DNA from: Octopus vulgaris
Lineage: Eukaryota
DNA: 64,000 nucleotides
Reading direction: 5' to 3'
NCBI GenBank assembly: GCA_951406725.2
Contig: OX597820.1
Coordinates: forward strand, 868,001-932,000
Position numbers and translations under genes: made by a program. Under the pieces are notes generated by a model. It did no database searches and had not been told where the DNA came from. It saw only the letters and a list, made by a program, of their open reading frames with translations. This document shows positions 1 through 12,299 of the stretch, piece after piece (the first letter of the stretch is position 1; every line of letters starts with the position of its first letter).

Positions 1-306
1 TGCAAGTTTTAAGTCTTGGTGTTGTGTTTTCTTCAGGAGAAATAAAAGAAATTGGTAGGCATGAACTCCCGGAAGAGTACAGTTTCATCAAAACTGTATA
101 TTTACCCTGGCGTGTATCCTCATTAGCGTAATTTTTTTTCAACTGCTCAAGCTAATTAGCAGCAGTAATTGTATAAGCATTGGTAACTTCACCGGTCATT
201 TTTAAGTCGTGCAAATTCAAACCAGCTTTTTCTTGCCAGAAAAACTTTTTTTAACAGAAATCCACTTTCGTTTTTCTGCAAATCGCTATAAAAACTTCTG
301 ACTTTA

Positions 307-390
307 GTGGTGGTTGCGGTGGCGGCGGCGGCGGCGGTGGTGGTGGTGGTGGTAGTGGTGGTGGCAGCGGCGACGGCGGTGGTGGTGGTG
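307..390. repeat. (GGT/GGC)n microsatellite
   Basis: Direct trinucleotide repeat; explains the poly-V/A ORF at 307-498. Confidence 0.9.
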
Positions 391-1288
391 AAAGTTGTAC
401 AGAATTATCTCCCTTGCCTTTTTTTTTTTTGCAAGAATTATCATCCGCGCCGATTATTCTTTTCAGAGACAGGAAAACAATCGCAAGATGAAAAATAAAT
501 GAAGACTAAAGGAAGGAAGGAATACATAAAATGAGAGGAAACAATATCTGATGATAGAAAAGCAAGCGAGTGGGTTTTCGGAATATTTAGCATAAATTGT
601 GGAAAACTGATTGCGAAGACATCATCGTCTCATTTTTTTTTCTATTGATTTGACGGAAAGAATTGCGTTACCTCATATTTGGTCCCTCCTTAATTATTTC
701 AACCAGTGTTGGTATGATGACGGGGGGGTGATGGGGGGGTGATGGGGGTTGATGGTGGGGGATGATGGTGGTGATGGTGATGAACATTCAAGGAGGATGG
801 GGAGGAAACGGAGGAGGAGAACGAACACGATGACGATGAAAGTAACGGTGGTGGTGGTGGCCATGAAGAGGAAGAGGGGAAGAAGTTGGTGATGATGATG
901 ATGATAAACAGTAAAAGCACACGAGAGCAGAAATATACACACACATACGCACACGTACCCATACATATATTCATACGTACTCATACACACACACACACGC
1001 ACGCACGTACACACACATACACGCACATACATACACAATACACACACACACACACCATCGCCTCTTCATTTCATTGAGTTCACAGCAGCAACCAATTGTT
1101 TGACAAAATACAATTGTAACAACAACAACAGCAACAACAACAACAGCAGCAGCAGCTGACTCCATGGCCGGCCGGTAATGCGAAGAGAACCTATTAACCC
1201 AGATACTTATGCGAGCAGTTTACGAAAACTTACTGACATTTCCAGGCTTTCCTCTTCATTTCTGATTGTTCATGCAGCCATCCGCCAT

Positions 1289-1663
<375 letters not shown>

Positions 1664-1664
1664 A

Positions 1665-1895
1665 GGCGGCGAGCTGGCAGAAACGTTAGCACACCGGGCG
1701 AAATACATAGTCGCATTTCGTCTGTCGTTACGTTCCGAGTTCAAATTCCGCCGAGGTCGACTTTGCCTTTCAACCCTTCAGGGTCGATAAACTAAGTACC
1801 AGCTACGCACTGGGGTCGATGTAATCGACTTAATCCCTTTGTCTGACCTTGTTTGTCCCCTCTGTGTTTGGCCCCTTGTGGGTAGTAAAGAAATA
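1665..1895 (+). mobile_element. tRNA-derived SINE, family A (GGCGGCGAGCTGGCAGAA head)
   Basis: A-box-like TGGCAGAAACG and B-box GAGTTCAAATTC, body GGTCGACTTTGCCTTTCATCC...AAGTACCAG; about 20 full or partial copies in the window. Confidence 0.9.
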
Positions 1896-1901
1896 TAAAT
1901 A

Positions 1902-2004
<103 letters not shown>

Positions 2005-2139
2005 TTATCTATCTATCCCTGGCCTGGCAGTGCTACCGAGAAGCGCTACGCGTTCGGGATAAGCTCTACAGACACGGCTCGAGAAACACGGGGCCGACCT
2101 GCCCGATTTCTTTTCGGCAAATTATATTTCAGGTTATTT

Positions 2140-2640
2140 TACAAGTTCCTTTGGAGATGATGCTATGGAGAAAAATAGAAATCAAGGAGCTGTTCAAACA
2201 GTTCAAGATGGTCGCATCTCAGTGGACAGTGAGCCATGTTGTGGCAGACGATCAACTAGCAGAAACGACGAAATGATTGCAAAGGTTTGAGGAATAGTCT
2301 ATGAAGACCTTCTACGAAAACAACCCGACCTGTGGGCAGCAAAGAACTGGCAACTCCAGCATGACAACACACCTGCTTATTCCACTCACGTCATCCAATC
2401 ATTCCTCGTCATGCAAAACACACCACTTGCCCATCAGGCTTCCTACTCCCCAGACTTGGCTCTGTGTAACTTTTGGCTATTCCTAAAGCTTTAAAAAAAA
2501 AAACCACTCAAAGGGAGGAGATTGGAGTCAATAAAGGACATTAAGCAAATATTCGATGGCACAGCTCCACAGCATCTCAAAAAGTGATTTCTAGAAATGT
2601 TTCCAGCAGTGGCAGGAACGCTGGCAGAAGTGTGTAGACC
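2140..2640 (+). pseudogene. mariner transposase relic, internally deleted
   Basis: Frameshifted translation, approximately FGDDAM...FK..DGRISVDSEPCCGRRSTSRNDEMI, joined to WQLQHDNTPAY...YSPDLALCNFWLF...KCFQQWQERWQKCV. Confidence 0.85.
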
Positions 2641-2749
2641 CCACAAGGCCATGCTAGAGCACCGACTTTAGTCGAACAAATCGACCCCAGGACTTATTCT
2701 TTGTAAGCCTAGTACTTATTCTATCAGTCTCTTTTGCCGAACCGCTAAG

Positions 2750-4300
2750 TAGGAGCGAGGGCACAACCTTGCTTTACCCCGTTTTTTATTTGAAGGCGGC
2801 TGATGGTAAACCATTGTGCTGTATGGTGCCTTGCATATCATCATAGAAAGATTTGATGATCCTCAGCAGCTTTGGTGGACATCCGACTTTTTGGAGCAGG
2901 ATGAAGAGCCCTTTTCTACTTACAAAGTCAAAGGCCTTTGTCAGATCAATGAAGGCCATATATAATGGCATTTTCTGCTCTCTGGACTTCTCCTGAAGTT
3001 GGCGTATGGAGAATATCATGTCAATAGTTTATCTGCTTCTTCTAAAGCCACACTGCGATTCTGGATAAATTCGAGAAGCAAGCAGTTGCAGCCTGGACAG
3101 GATAATGCGAGCAGAGGCCTTTCCAACAGTGCTTAGAAGAGATATTCCACGGTAATTGTTACAATCACCACGTTCACCTTTGTTTTTGTAAAGCGTAATG
3201 ATGTTAGCATCTCGCATATCCTGAGGGACTGTACCCTCTTCCCAGCACTGACACAGAAGCTCATGAATGTGCCGAAGCAGGTTGGTGTTTTTGCCGGTTT
3301 TGATGATATCTAAGGGGATGCCGTCTTTCCCCGGAGCCTTGTTACTTGCTAGGGAGTCAATAGCCTTGGTGAGCTCTGCTATAGATGGCAGACTGTCAAG
3401 TTCACACATGATTGGCAAGATCTTGACACCCTCGATTGCAGCCTCAGATACTGTGGTCTCCCGTGAGTAGAGATCCTGGTAGTACTCCACCCATCTATCC
3501 ATTTGCTTGCTTTGGTCCTTGATGAGATCCCTAGTAGTTGATTTCAGAGGGGCTGACTGGGTTGCGGATGGACCGAGGGCCTTCTTCAAACCGGCATACA
3601 TCCCACGGGTGTCGCCACTGTCAGCAGCTGACTGGATACTCTGACAGATTTCCTGCCAATACCTATTTGTGCAGCGTCTGGCAGTCAGTTGGCTTTTATT
3701 TCTTGCCTTTCTGAGTTCTTCGAGTGACTTTATAGAAGAATCACTCTTGTATTACATCAGAGCTGCACGCTTTGTTTCGATAACTGTTTCCAGCTCTGAG
3801 ATCCCAGCACTGAACAAAATCTGGATTTCGCCTTTCTCTCATGACGAAAGTATCTATTGATGTGGTATACAAAGTTTCCCTGATATAATTCCACCTACTT
3901 TCAGCAGAGGAGGTTGGGCAGCTACTGAGGACAACCTTGATAGAAATAGCAAAACATTTTCGCAGTGTTGGGTCTGAGGTTCTGGCAGTGTTAATGCGTG
4001 GTCGGCCCATTTTCTTGGAGTGATGGACTTTTTAGACAGAATCCTCAACCTGCTTCTTATTAGTGAATGATCTGTTTCACAATCCACGCTGTGGTAACTA
4101 CGGGTCAGTTGAACAGAATTCAGAAAGGATCTTCATGTAATGATGAGATCCAGCTGATGCCAATGGTGAGATCTTGGATGTCTCTAAGATGCCTTGTGGG
4201 ATGTCTTGTTGGCAAAGAATGTGTTAGTGATGCACAGGTTATGGTATGTGCAAAATTCAAGTAGTCTCTGGCCATTGTCATTCATGTTGCCAATACCAAA
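2750..4300 (-). mobile_element. RTE-clade LINE fragment (end of endonuclease through RT N-terminal half), with stops and frameshifts
   Basis: ORFs 3029-3601 and 2786-3019 give KAPGKDGIP, LYKNKGERGDCNNYRGISLLS, PESQCGFR, MIFSIRQLQEK, AFIDLTKAFD; upstream NDNGQRLLEFC...HWHQLDLII...DCETDHSLI. Confidence 0.92.
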
Positions 4301-4330
4301 ACACATACACTTACATATATACATACGAGA

Positions 4331-5608
4331 CGAGGGACGTTCAATAAGTAACGCCTCTGACCCACTTGCAGTTGTTTGATCTAGCTGAAATTTTGCATGT
4401 GCAATTATTTATATCTCTATAGATGAAGTAGCAAATAACATCTTTGAACTAATTGTGGTTTCTGATTTACAGGTGTTTGAACCGAGTCAAGTGTTAAATG
4501 GAGCCTGTTGAGTGTCGAGCAGTGATCCGGTTTTTGTATTTGAAAGGACGCACACTACGGGAGACTTTTGATGAAATGAAAGTAACTTATGGTGATGATG
4601 CCCCATCATATGACCTTGTAAAACGCTGGCATCGTGAATTCAAACATGGTCGGAACTCTGTGGAAACAGCTCCCAGATCTGGTCGCCCCCTTTTGCCATT
4701 GATGAGGCATCTGTCCGTCAAGTTGAGGCTGCCATTTTGGAAGATCGACGCATAATTATTCGCTAAATAGCCCATGAGGTCAAGATTAGTACCGGGTCTG
4801 TGGAAACTATCATTCATGACCATTTGCATATGCAAAAGGTGTCTGCCAGATGGATTCCCAGGTTGCTCACGCCTTTCCAGAAGCAAGAACGCATCGAGTG
4901 CTCGAGGGTGAATTTGGAGATGTGCCAAGAAGATGAGTCAAAATTTTTCAAAAGACTGATTACACAGGATGAAACCTGGGTCCATCACGATGATCCAGAG
5001 ACCAAATCCCAGTCAATGCAGTGGAAGCACCGTGACTCACCCCCTCCAAAGAAGGCAAGGGTGCAGCACTCCGCTGGCAAGGTCAAGCTCACAGTCTTCT
5101 GGGACCAGGACGGAGTACTGATGACAGATTTCCTGGCAAAGGGTACCACAATTGCAGGAGCCTATTATGCTTCACTTTTGAGGTTATCAAAATCAAGAGG
5201 CGGGGCAAGATCAACAAAGGCATCCTCCTCCTGCAGGACAACGCTCCGGTCCACAACTCGCTTGTCGCCAGATCAGAAGCACAGGCGTATGGCTATGAAC
5301 TCCTCCCCATCCCTCCTACTTTCCTGACCTTGCACCCTCTGATTTTCACCTCTTCCCAATCATGAAGTTGTTTTTGAAAGGAAAGCGTTTCCCAGATGAT
5401 GCAGCCTTGATTTCTGAAGTCGCGTTCAGGTTGGAGGACCAAGCTGGGGTCTTCTATAAAAACGGTCTCCAGAGCTGCATCAAACAATGGTAGAAATGCG
5501 TAACTCTGGGTGGTTCCTATGTAGAAAAAGACTAATAACTGTGCCAAGTTTCGTTGCTCTACTGCTATGGGAAGTGGGTCAGGGGCATTACTTATTGAAC
5601 GCCCCTTG
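4331..5608 (+). mobile_element. Full-length mariner (DD34D-type) DNA transposon with both TIRs
   Basis: Left TIR CGAGGGACGTTCAATAAGTAACGCCTCTGACCCACTT (4331) matches the reverse complement of AAGTGGGTCAGGGGCATTACTTATTGAACGCCCCTTG (ends 5608), followed by TA; about 1.28 kb. Confidence 0.95.
4498..5535 (+). pseudogene. mariner transposase, frameshifted
   Basis: MEPVECRAVIRFL...PRSGRP; WIPRLL; ITQDETWVHH; LLQDNAPVH; YFPDLAPSDFHLF; ends GGSYVEKD*; several frameshifts and stops. Confidence 0.92.
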
Positions 5609-5799
5609 TATATACGATTGATTTGTTTCAGTTCCTGTCTACAAAATCCATATTTATATATATATATATGTATACACACACACACACACACACACTCACA
5701 CACACACACATAGATAAATTGATAGATACAACTGAGTGGGCAAACAAAAATATGAGACGCTGCGTAGTGCTTTTTTATCTCTTATGATAATATGTTGAT

Positions 5800-6105
5800 A
5801 AGCCTGGTACTTATTCTATCAGTTTCTTCTTGTGAAACCAGTAAGTTATGGGGATGTAAATAAACGAACACCAGTTGTGAAGCAGTGATGAGGGAGAAAC
5901 ACAAAGACACACACAAGACTTACATATATACATACATATACATACAATTGATTTCTTTCAGTTTCTGTCTACAGAACCCACTGACAAGGTTTTGGTTGGT
6001 CTGAGGCTTTAGCAGAAGACACATGCCAAGTTACCACACAGTGGGACTGAACTGAGGACCATGTGTTTTGGAACCAAGTTTGTTACCACACAGCCAAACC
6101 TGCAC
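5800..6105 (-). mobile_element. tRNA-derived CORE-like SINE, family B
   Basis: Matches family B body (GGTTCAGTCCCAC...CTTGGGCAAGTGTCTTCT...GAAACTGAAAGAA) on the minus strand. Confidence 0.8.
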
Positions 6106-6108
6106 CTA

Positions 6109-6151
<43 letters not shown>

Positions 6152-6399
6152 CTATGCATGTATATATGTATGCATGTATATATGTGAATATATATGTGTA
6201 CATATTACATGTACATCTATATATATATATATATATATATACATCTACACATATACATGTATACATATACATCTATATGTATAGAAATAAATGTATACAT
6301 ATACAGCTATACACACATACATACACACACATAGGTGTAGGTGTGGCTGTGTGGTAACAAACTTCGTTCCAAAACACATGGTCCTGGGTTTAAATTTAA

Positions 6400-6832
6400 A
6401 TTTTAAATAATAAGGGTGAGAAATTGAATATTAATTTGATTAATATGAATTAAAAACCAGTGGTGTATCATATAAGACCATAGCGGATCTTCTTCTAGCA
6501 AAATGGATGTCCACTGTTAATGGTTTATCCCTCTTATATTATAGTTTGACTTTAATAGTTTCAGTATTAAAGTGAAAGTATCTGACATTACAATAGAGAG
6601 ATTTTTTGTTTCACTTTTAACACGTAATACTGAAATAGTGGAGAAGATATGATATTGCTGTGGGCTCACCCTAGGCAAGAAGTTAGAAGTGTTTTTGCCC
6701 ATGACACACCCTGGACCCTAAGTAAGGCGTGTGTAAAATTTGAATGAAATTGGTTGTGTAGTTCTCAAGTTTTAGGGATTCACACAGAGAGACAGACAGA
6801 CAGACACACATTCTCAGTTTTATACATATAGA
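6400..6832 (-). mobile_element. Helitron-like non-autonomous element fragment (5' end at 6832)
   Basis: Minus strand starts TCTATATGTATAAAACTGAG followed by a (CTGT)n tract, the same architecture as the neighbouring copy; the left boundary is uncertain. Confidence 0.55.
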
Positions 6833-6919
6833 TTGTTGCATGTTATTGTAATAGTGAAAGATTGTCTTCGACATAAACGAGACGGGTTTTTTAAAATAAT
6901 TGTTTATGTTTATTTATAA

Positions 6920-7312
6920 CTAGCAGTATCATCCCGTTGTTAGTTGGGTTTGTTTCGACCCTTTAGAATTGGAATTTTTGAAAAGTAAAATTTTTGCATT
7001 GTGCAATTTGTTATTCTCTTCAAGTGAACATTTTTCCAGTTGAAATACACCGAAAAATGGTGACACAGCAGTCAAAAATCGTAAAAAAATAGGGATTTTC
7101 ATAGAAGAAAAGCACCTTTTTGATGTAAATAATTTTTGGTATTAACATGGTCCAATTTGAATTTTATCTTCTACAGAATGAAGAGCAAGCCTTCTTCTAT
7201 CATACTCTCAATTTTGGTCAACTTGCGCTGCAGGGTCTCGAAGGAGATAGTGTTAGTTGAAGGCTACAAAACCTGCCACACACAGACAACTTCAGCTTTA
7301 TACATATGTAGA
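6920..7312 (-). mobile_element. Non-autonomous Helitron
   Basis: Minus strand: 5'-TC start, 3'-CTAG end, degenerate subterminal hairpin (CCC...GGG near 6933-6948), inserted between A and T with no TSD. Confidence 0.75.
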
Positions 7313-7695
7313 TTTGCCACACACTACTTTCCATCCTTAATAATGAAACTTTGTAGATCCAAAAGTTAAACACACAGATACACACACACAGATGCACAAG
7401 TTGAGTTTTGTATATATAGATTTCTCAACGGGGATTTCAGGGGAGAGTTTCAGGGACTCGCTGGCGATGTATCGTGATGATCAAAAATCCGGCTTGCTAA
7501 AATTTGGTTAACGTGATTCAAACTGCAGACTCAACGCAAAATGGTCACATTTAATTCAAAGCTTTAAAATGTTATGAAAACAATTGGTATGTGTTCACAA
7601 AGTCCAAACGATTAATACGAAAAAACCCTCCAGGCTGCATCCCGAAAATTCATTTCTTTGCCGAATTTCTACAATGTTTACGGCGATTCGTTTTT

Positions 7696-8120
7696 ATACT
7701 CTTTACTCTCTTTTACTCTTTTACTTGTTTTAGTCATTTGACTGCGGCCATGCCGGAGCACCGCCTTTAGTCGAGCAAATCGACCCCGGGACTTATTCTT
7801 TGTAAGTCCAGTACTTATTCTATCGGTCTCTTTTGCCGAACCGCTAAGTGACGGGGACGTAAACACACCAGCATCGGTTGTCAAGCAATGCTAGGGAGAC
7901 AAACACAGACACACAAACACATACACACACACACATATATATACATATACATATATACGACAGGCTTCTTTCCGTTTCCGTCTACCAATTCCACTCACAA
8001 GGCATTGGTCGGCCCGGGGCTATAGCAGAAGACACTTGCCCAAGATGCCACGCCATGGGACTGAACCCGGAACCATGTGGTTGGTTAGCAAGCTACTTAC
8101 AACACAGTCACTCCTGCGCC
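7696..8120 (-). mobile_element. Complete CORE-like SINE, family B
   Basis: tRNA-like head with B-box GGTTCAGTCCC, CORE-like CTTGGGCAAGTGTCTT, internal (TG)n, tail GGTGCTCCGGCATGGCCGCAGTC...TAAAAGAG repeats. Confidence 0.9.
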
Positions 8121-8446
8121 TATATATCTTGATTTTTTAATTTTTCATGCAATTTACGCATGCTTGCACGCGTGGTAAACACAGTTCACGTCAAACAGCT
8201 GACTGAGTAAATTTCACTATTCAATGCATGGGATAAGGCCTAAACAAACACATTATCGATTATTGCACTTGCGAGATGAATTTCGGAACAGAAATAGCGC
8301 AGTTCAATTTTCATTCGCCTAAACTTTAAGTGACCCATTTTTGGTGGTTCTACGGTTTGTTGGCTAGGAGGAGATGTGCCGGGAAGTTAAACATACAGAC
8401 ACACACACAGATACACACACAGACACACAAGTTGAGTTTTATATAT

Positions 8447-9610
8447 GTTAGTTAGTTAGTTAATTTGGCTCAAAAGCAAATAGCAAGGCCATGTAGGGGG
8501 ACATGGAGTTAAGTACAGGGTGGTGTTCATGTAAAGAGTTCAGGCCACTTGAGGTCCAGGGAGGCTTTGAACAAAGCGGTCGTCGGCATCTTCACCTTCT
8601 CGTCTGGCAGCTTGTTCCACGGATCCGCAACCCGGACGGAGAAAGCTCCTCTCCTTCGATTGAGATGAAATCGTCGCAGGTAGAGCTTTTCGGAATGACC
8701 CCGCAGCCGACGCTCCGGAGCAGGAGTGAAGAACAGCTCTTTCGAGAGGTTACACTTCCCGCTTATGATGTTGTGGGCGAGAATGAGATCACCACGGCGG
8801 CGGCGTTTTTCAAGAGAACAAAGGTCGAGCGTCCTCAGCCTTTCTTCGTAGGACAAAGTTTTGAGACCATGAACCATGCGGGTAGCCAGCCTCTGGACGC
8901 TTTCGAGGTGCTGTATGTCTTTGAGGAGATAAGGAGAAGAGGCTTGAATCCCATACTCCAATATGGGTCTCACCAGCGTGACATAGAGTGGCAGGAATAT
9001 GGCTGCTGTGAGCATTCCGAATGACCGTCGAATCAAAAACAGAATTCCGCGCGCTTTGTTGGCAGCATGGACGCACTGGGCCGAAGGCGAAAAGGAGGAA
9101 TCCACCAAGATACCCAGGTCCTTTACCTGATCGGTCCTCTCCAGCAGCAGACGACCCGGCTCGAAATCAAGTTGAGTTGCAGGAGTAGAGCCGACAGGCA
9201 GATGACAGCACTTCGACACGTTCAGACACAGGTCCCAATCGTTAGACCACTTCCAAATTTGGTGGAGGCATCGACGAAGATCCTCTATACTACCGCGAGG
9301 AGCGACCAGTTTGATATCGTCGGCAAATAGAAGGGTGTGTTGCGTGATGTCGTCGGGCAAGTCATTTATGAAGACTAAGAACAACAAGGGCCCAAGCACT
9401 GAACCTTGAGGCACGCCACTGCTCGCACTGGAGACGTCGGACCGCGAACCATTAACTTGAACTTGGAAGGAGCGATCTGAGAGGAAGGCACCAACCCATC
9501 GTACAATATCCGGATGGAAACTATATGCTTGAAGCTTGACAAGTAGTAGGCGCTGGTTTACCGAGTCAAAAGCTTTGGCAAAGTCCAATAAAACGATGTC
9601 AACAGCATCA
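8447..9610 (-). mobile_element. CR1/L2-group LINE, 5'-truncated 3' end with (TAAC)n tail
   Basis: RT frame open to the stop at 8527; short 3' UTR; (GTTA)4 at 8447-8462 on the + strand. Confidence 0.93.
8527..9609 (-). CDS. LINE reverse transcriptase C-terminal part (uninterrupted ~360 codons, no true start)
   Basis: DAVDIVLLDFAKAFDSV, SGVPQGSVLGPLLFLVFINDL, LFADDIKL, KDLGI, LVRPILEY, LESVQRLATR, RRRRGDLI, WNKLP: CR1-type ORF2 motifs. Confidence 0.85.
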   Translation of the reverse strand, partial: DAVDIVLLDFAKAFDSVNQRLLLVKLQAYSFHPDIVRWVGAFLSDRSFQVQVNGSRSDVSSASSGVPQGSVLGPLLFLVFINDLPDDITQHTLLFADDIKLVAPRGSIEDLRRCLHQIWKWSNDWDLCLNVSKCCHLPVGSTPATQLDFEPGRLLLERTDQVKDLGILVDSSFSPSAQCVHAANKARGILFLIRRSFGMLTAAIFLPLYVTLVRPILEYGIQASSPYLLKDIQHLESVQRLATRMVHGLKTLSYEERLRTLDLCSLEKRRRRGDLILAHNIISGKCNLSKELFFTPAPERRLRGHSEKLYLRRFHLNRRRGAFSVRVADPWNKLPDEKVKMPTTALFKASLDLKWPELFT

Positions 9611-10360
9611 CATATAAATAGAAATATGTGCACACACACACACACGACAGTCTTCTTTCAGTTTCCGTCAACTAAATCCGCTCAAAAGGCTGTGATCGCT
9701 CTGTGGCTAAAGTAGAAATGCCACAGCCATGTTGTTGGGAAGCAAGCTGTTTAGGGTTTTTTTTTTTAATGTGAATAATGTAATTTGAACTGCAATAAAA
9801 CAAGGCACCAAAATAAAATAAACTCAAATCTAATCCCCATTGAAAGTCTCCAGTGACTTCCAAAGTATATTATGAATTTAGGGCTGAGAGTCTCCGGCAA
9901 ATCTCATTAAATAAGGAACTCATAAAACATTAAGGTCCCTGGAGAGCCCTTGATCAACGGTCTGCTCAATAAGGAATTATCTAGTGCCAAACGACGTCAG
10001 CAGCAAGAACATCTATATGAAGTGGTCTCGCCGGACAAGGATCGAGTTTGATAGGCACCCAGTTCTGCCTTGGGTTAGGGTTCGATCCAACCATTTTAAG
10101 GCGAGTAAATGCTCAAAGACCCCTGATTTCGTTTCAGGACAGCCCCAAGTGTAAGGACAATCGGAACTATCAGATGATCTTGTCCATGGATCGCACTGGA
10201 AGACGTTGGCCCCTGGTCGGCTTGAGAATCCCACATCAATTCAGTGTTGGAGTCATGGCATTGATTAGCATTTTCTTGATAATAAAAAAAATATAGCCTT
10301 TATTTATACGAGAATATGTAAGTGCAAGTAAACGTACGCGTTTATATATATATACAACAC

Positions 10361-10411
<51 letters not shown>

Positions 10412-10521
10412 TGATATGTATACAATATCACACTCACTCACACATATAGGTGCTGAGTGTCGTGTAACAGTGAAAGAAGAAAGAATTGAGAGAGAGAGAG
10501 AAAGACAAAGACAGAGACAGA

Positions 10522-10560
<39 letters not shown>

Positions 10561-10684
10561 GAGAGGAAGAGAGAGGTGCGTGCGAGTTTGTGTGCTTGCA
10601 TATATTAATTAACAGTTCTTGATATAATTAATAGCTGTCTCGTTTATATATCGACCAATAAAAGAAGTGAAAATGAATACGCAG

Positions 10685-10768
<84 letters not shown>

Positions 10769-11055
10769 ACACATACGCACATACATGTATAATAAACCCT
10801 ATAAAAAAAGCGCGCATACACACACCTTCGTGTATGCCTGTGTCGTGTGTGTGTGTTGCAACATGTTTGTCATCTCTATCCTCCTCCTCCTCCTCCTCCT
10901 CTCCAGGACACAGAATATTCACAACACAAACTCATCTACTATTTCAAACAACAACAACAACAACAACAAGACGACTGACAAAACAAGGCCACGACAACTA
11001 TTTTCTCAGACTCCAGAATGGCTTCTCATTAATACATGTCTAGATGCCAGGATAA

Positions 11056-11351
11056 TGGTGGTGGTGGTGGTGGTGGTGGTGGCGGCGGTGGTGGTGGTGG
11101 TGGTGGTGGTGGTGGTGGTGGTGGTGGTGGTGGTGGTGGTGGTGGAGGTGGTGGTAGTGGTGGTGGTGGTGGTGGTGGTGGTGGTGGTGGTGGTGGTGGT
11201 GGTGGTGGTGGTGGTGGTGGTGGTGGTGGTGGTGGTGGTAGTGGTGGTGGTGGTGGTGGTGGTGGTGATGATGGTGGTGGTGGTGGTGGTGGTGGCGGCG
11301 GTGGTGGAGGTGGAGGTGGTGGTGGTGGTGGAGGTGGTGGTGGTGGTGGTT
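11056..11351. repeat. (GGT)n microsatellite, ~300 bp
   Basis: Direct. Confidence 0.95.
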
Positions 11352-11467
11352 ATATTCTTATTGTCTTTCTTCAATAGAGCGGTCGGCATTGGTGACTTGT
11401 GATGAGGAAGAAGAGAAGAGGGAAAAAAGAAGAGGACGAAGAAAAGGAAAATAAGAGGAGGAAAACG

Positions 11468-11535
11468 AAGAAGAAGAAGAAGAAGAAGAAGAAGAAGAAG
11501 AAGAAGAAGAAGAAGAAGAAGAAGAAGAAGAAGAA
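11468..11535. repeat. (GAA)n microsatellite
   Basis: Direct. Confidence 0.95.
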
Positions 11536-11909
11536 GGGGAGTGGGTGGGGAGGAGGCTGGTGCGTTCGGTTCTTCTTCTTCTTCTCTGCAATGGTATATC
11601 GACTTCCTGTTTCGATTAATTTGATCTGAGTTTCAATATTTCAAAAAGTGAATGTGATGGTGATTGGAAGATATTGGAAGGCGGATGTGGTGTGGTGGTT
11701 CATCACATTGCCGGGGGGCGGGATAGCTGTTTAGGATGTCGTTAGTTGAGATGTGAGGTGAAGTGTGAGGTATAAGACATGAGGAGAGAGGAATAACGGG
11801 AGAAGGAGGAGGAGAGAGTTTAGAAGCGGTTTCTCTTGCTAAACTTCTTTGTTGCCTGCCAACGGCTTTTTGTTTTGTTTAGTTTTTGTTTGTTTTGTAG
11901 TTGTTGGCT

Positions 11910-12290
11910 GGAGGCGAAATGGCCCAGTGATTAGGGCAGCGGACTCGCGGTCATAGGATTGCGGTTTCGATTCCCAGACCGTGAGTATTTATTGAACGAA
12001 AACACTTAAAGCTCCACGAGGCTCCAGCAGGGGCTGGTGGCGAATCCTGTTGTACTCTTTCGCCACAACTTTCTCTCACCCTTTCTTCCTGTTCCTGTTG
12101 TATCTGTATTTCAAAGGGGCCAGCCTTGTCACGCGTTGTGTCACACTGAATCCTCCCCGAGTACTACGTTAAGGATAAACGTGTCTGTGGAGTGCTCAGC
12201 CACTTGCACGTTAATTTCACGAGCAGGCTGTTCCGTTGATCGGATCAACTTGATGCTTCGTCGTCGTCGTCGCAACCGACAGAGTGCCGC
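11910..12290 (+). mobile_element. tRNA(Arg-like)-derived SINE, head C with tail X
   Basis: A-box TGGCCCAGTGA, anticodon-like CTCGCGG, B-box GTTTCGATTCC; tail AAAGGGGCCAGCCTTGTCAC...GATCGGATCAAC. Confidence 0.88.
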
Positions 12291-12299
12291 CAGTTGTTG

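Noticed and set aside
548-560. CTGATGATAGAAA hammerhead-like string
   Set aside because: No room for stem II and no stem I pairing.
9926-10051. 41-codon frame ending HLYEVVSPDKDRV*, resembling a receptor C-terminal tail
   Set aside because: An in-frame stop lies immediately upstream and there is no convincing polypyrimidine acceptor; unsupported without RNA data.
10785-11402. 205-aa poly-Val/Gly ORFs
   Set aside because: Produced by the (GGT)n tract.
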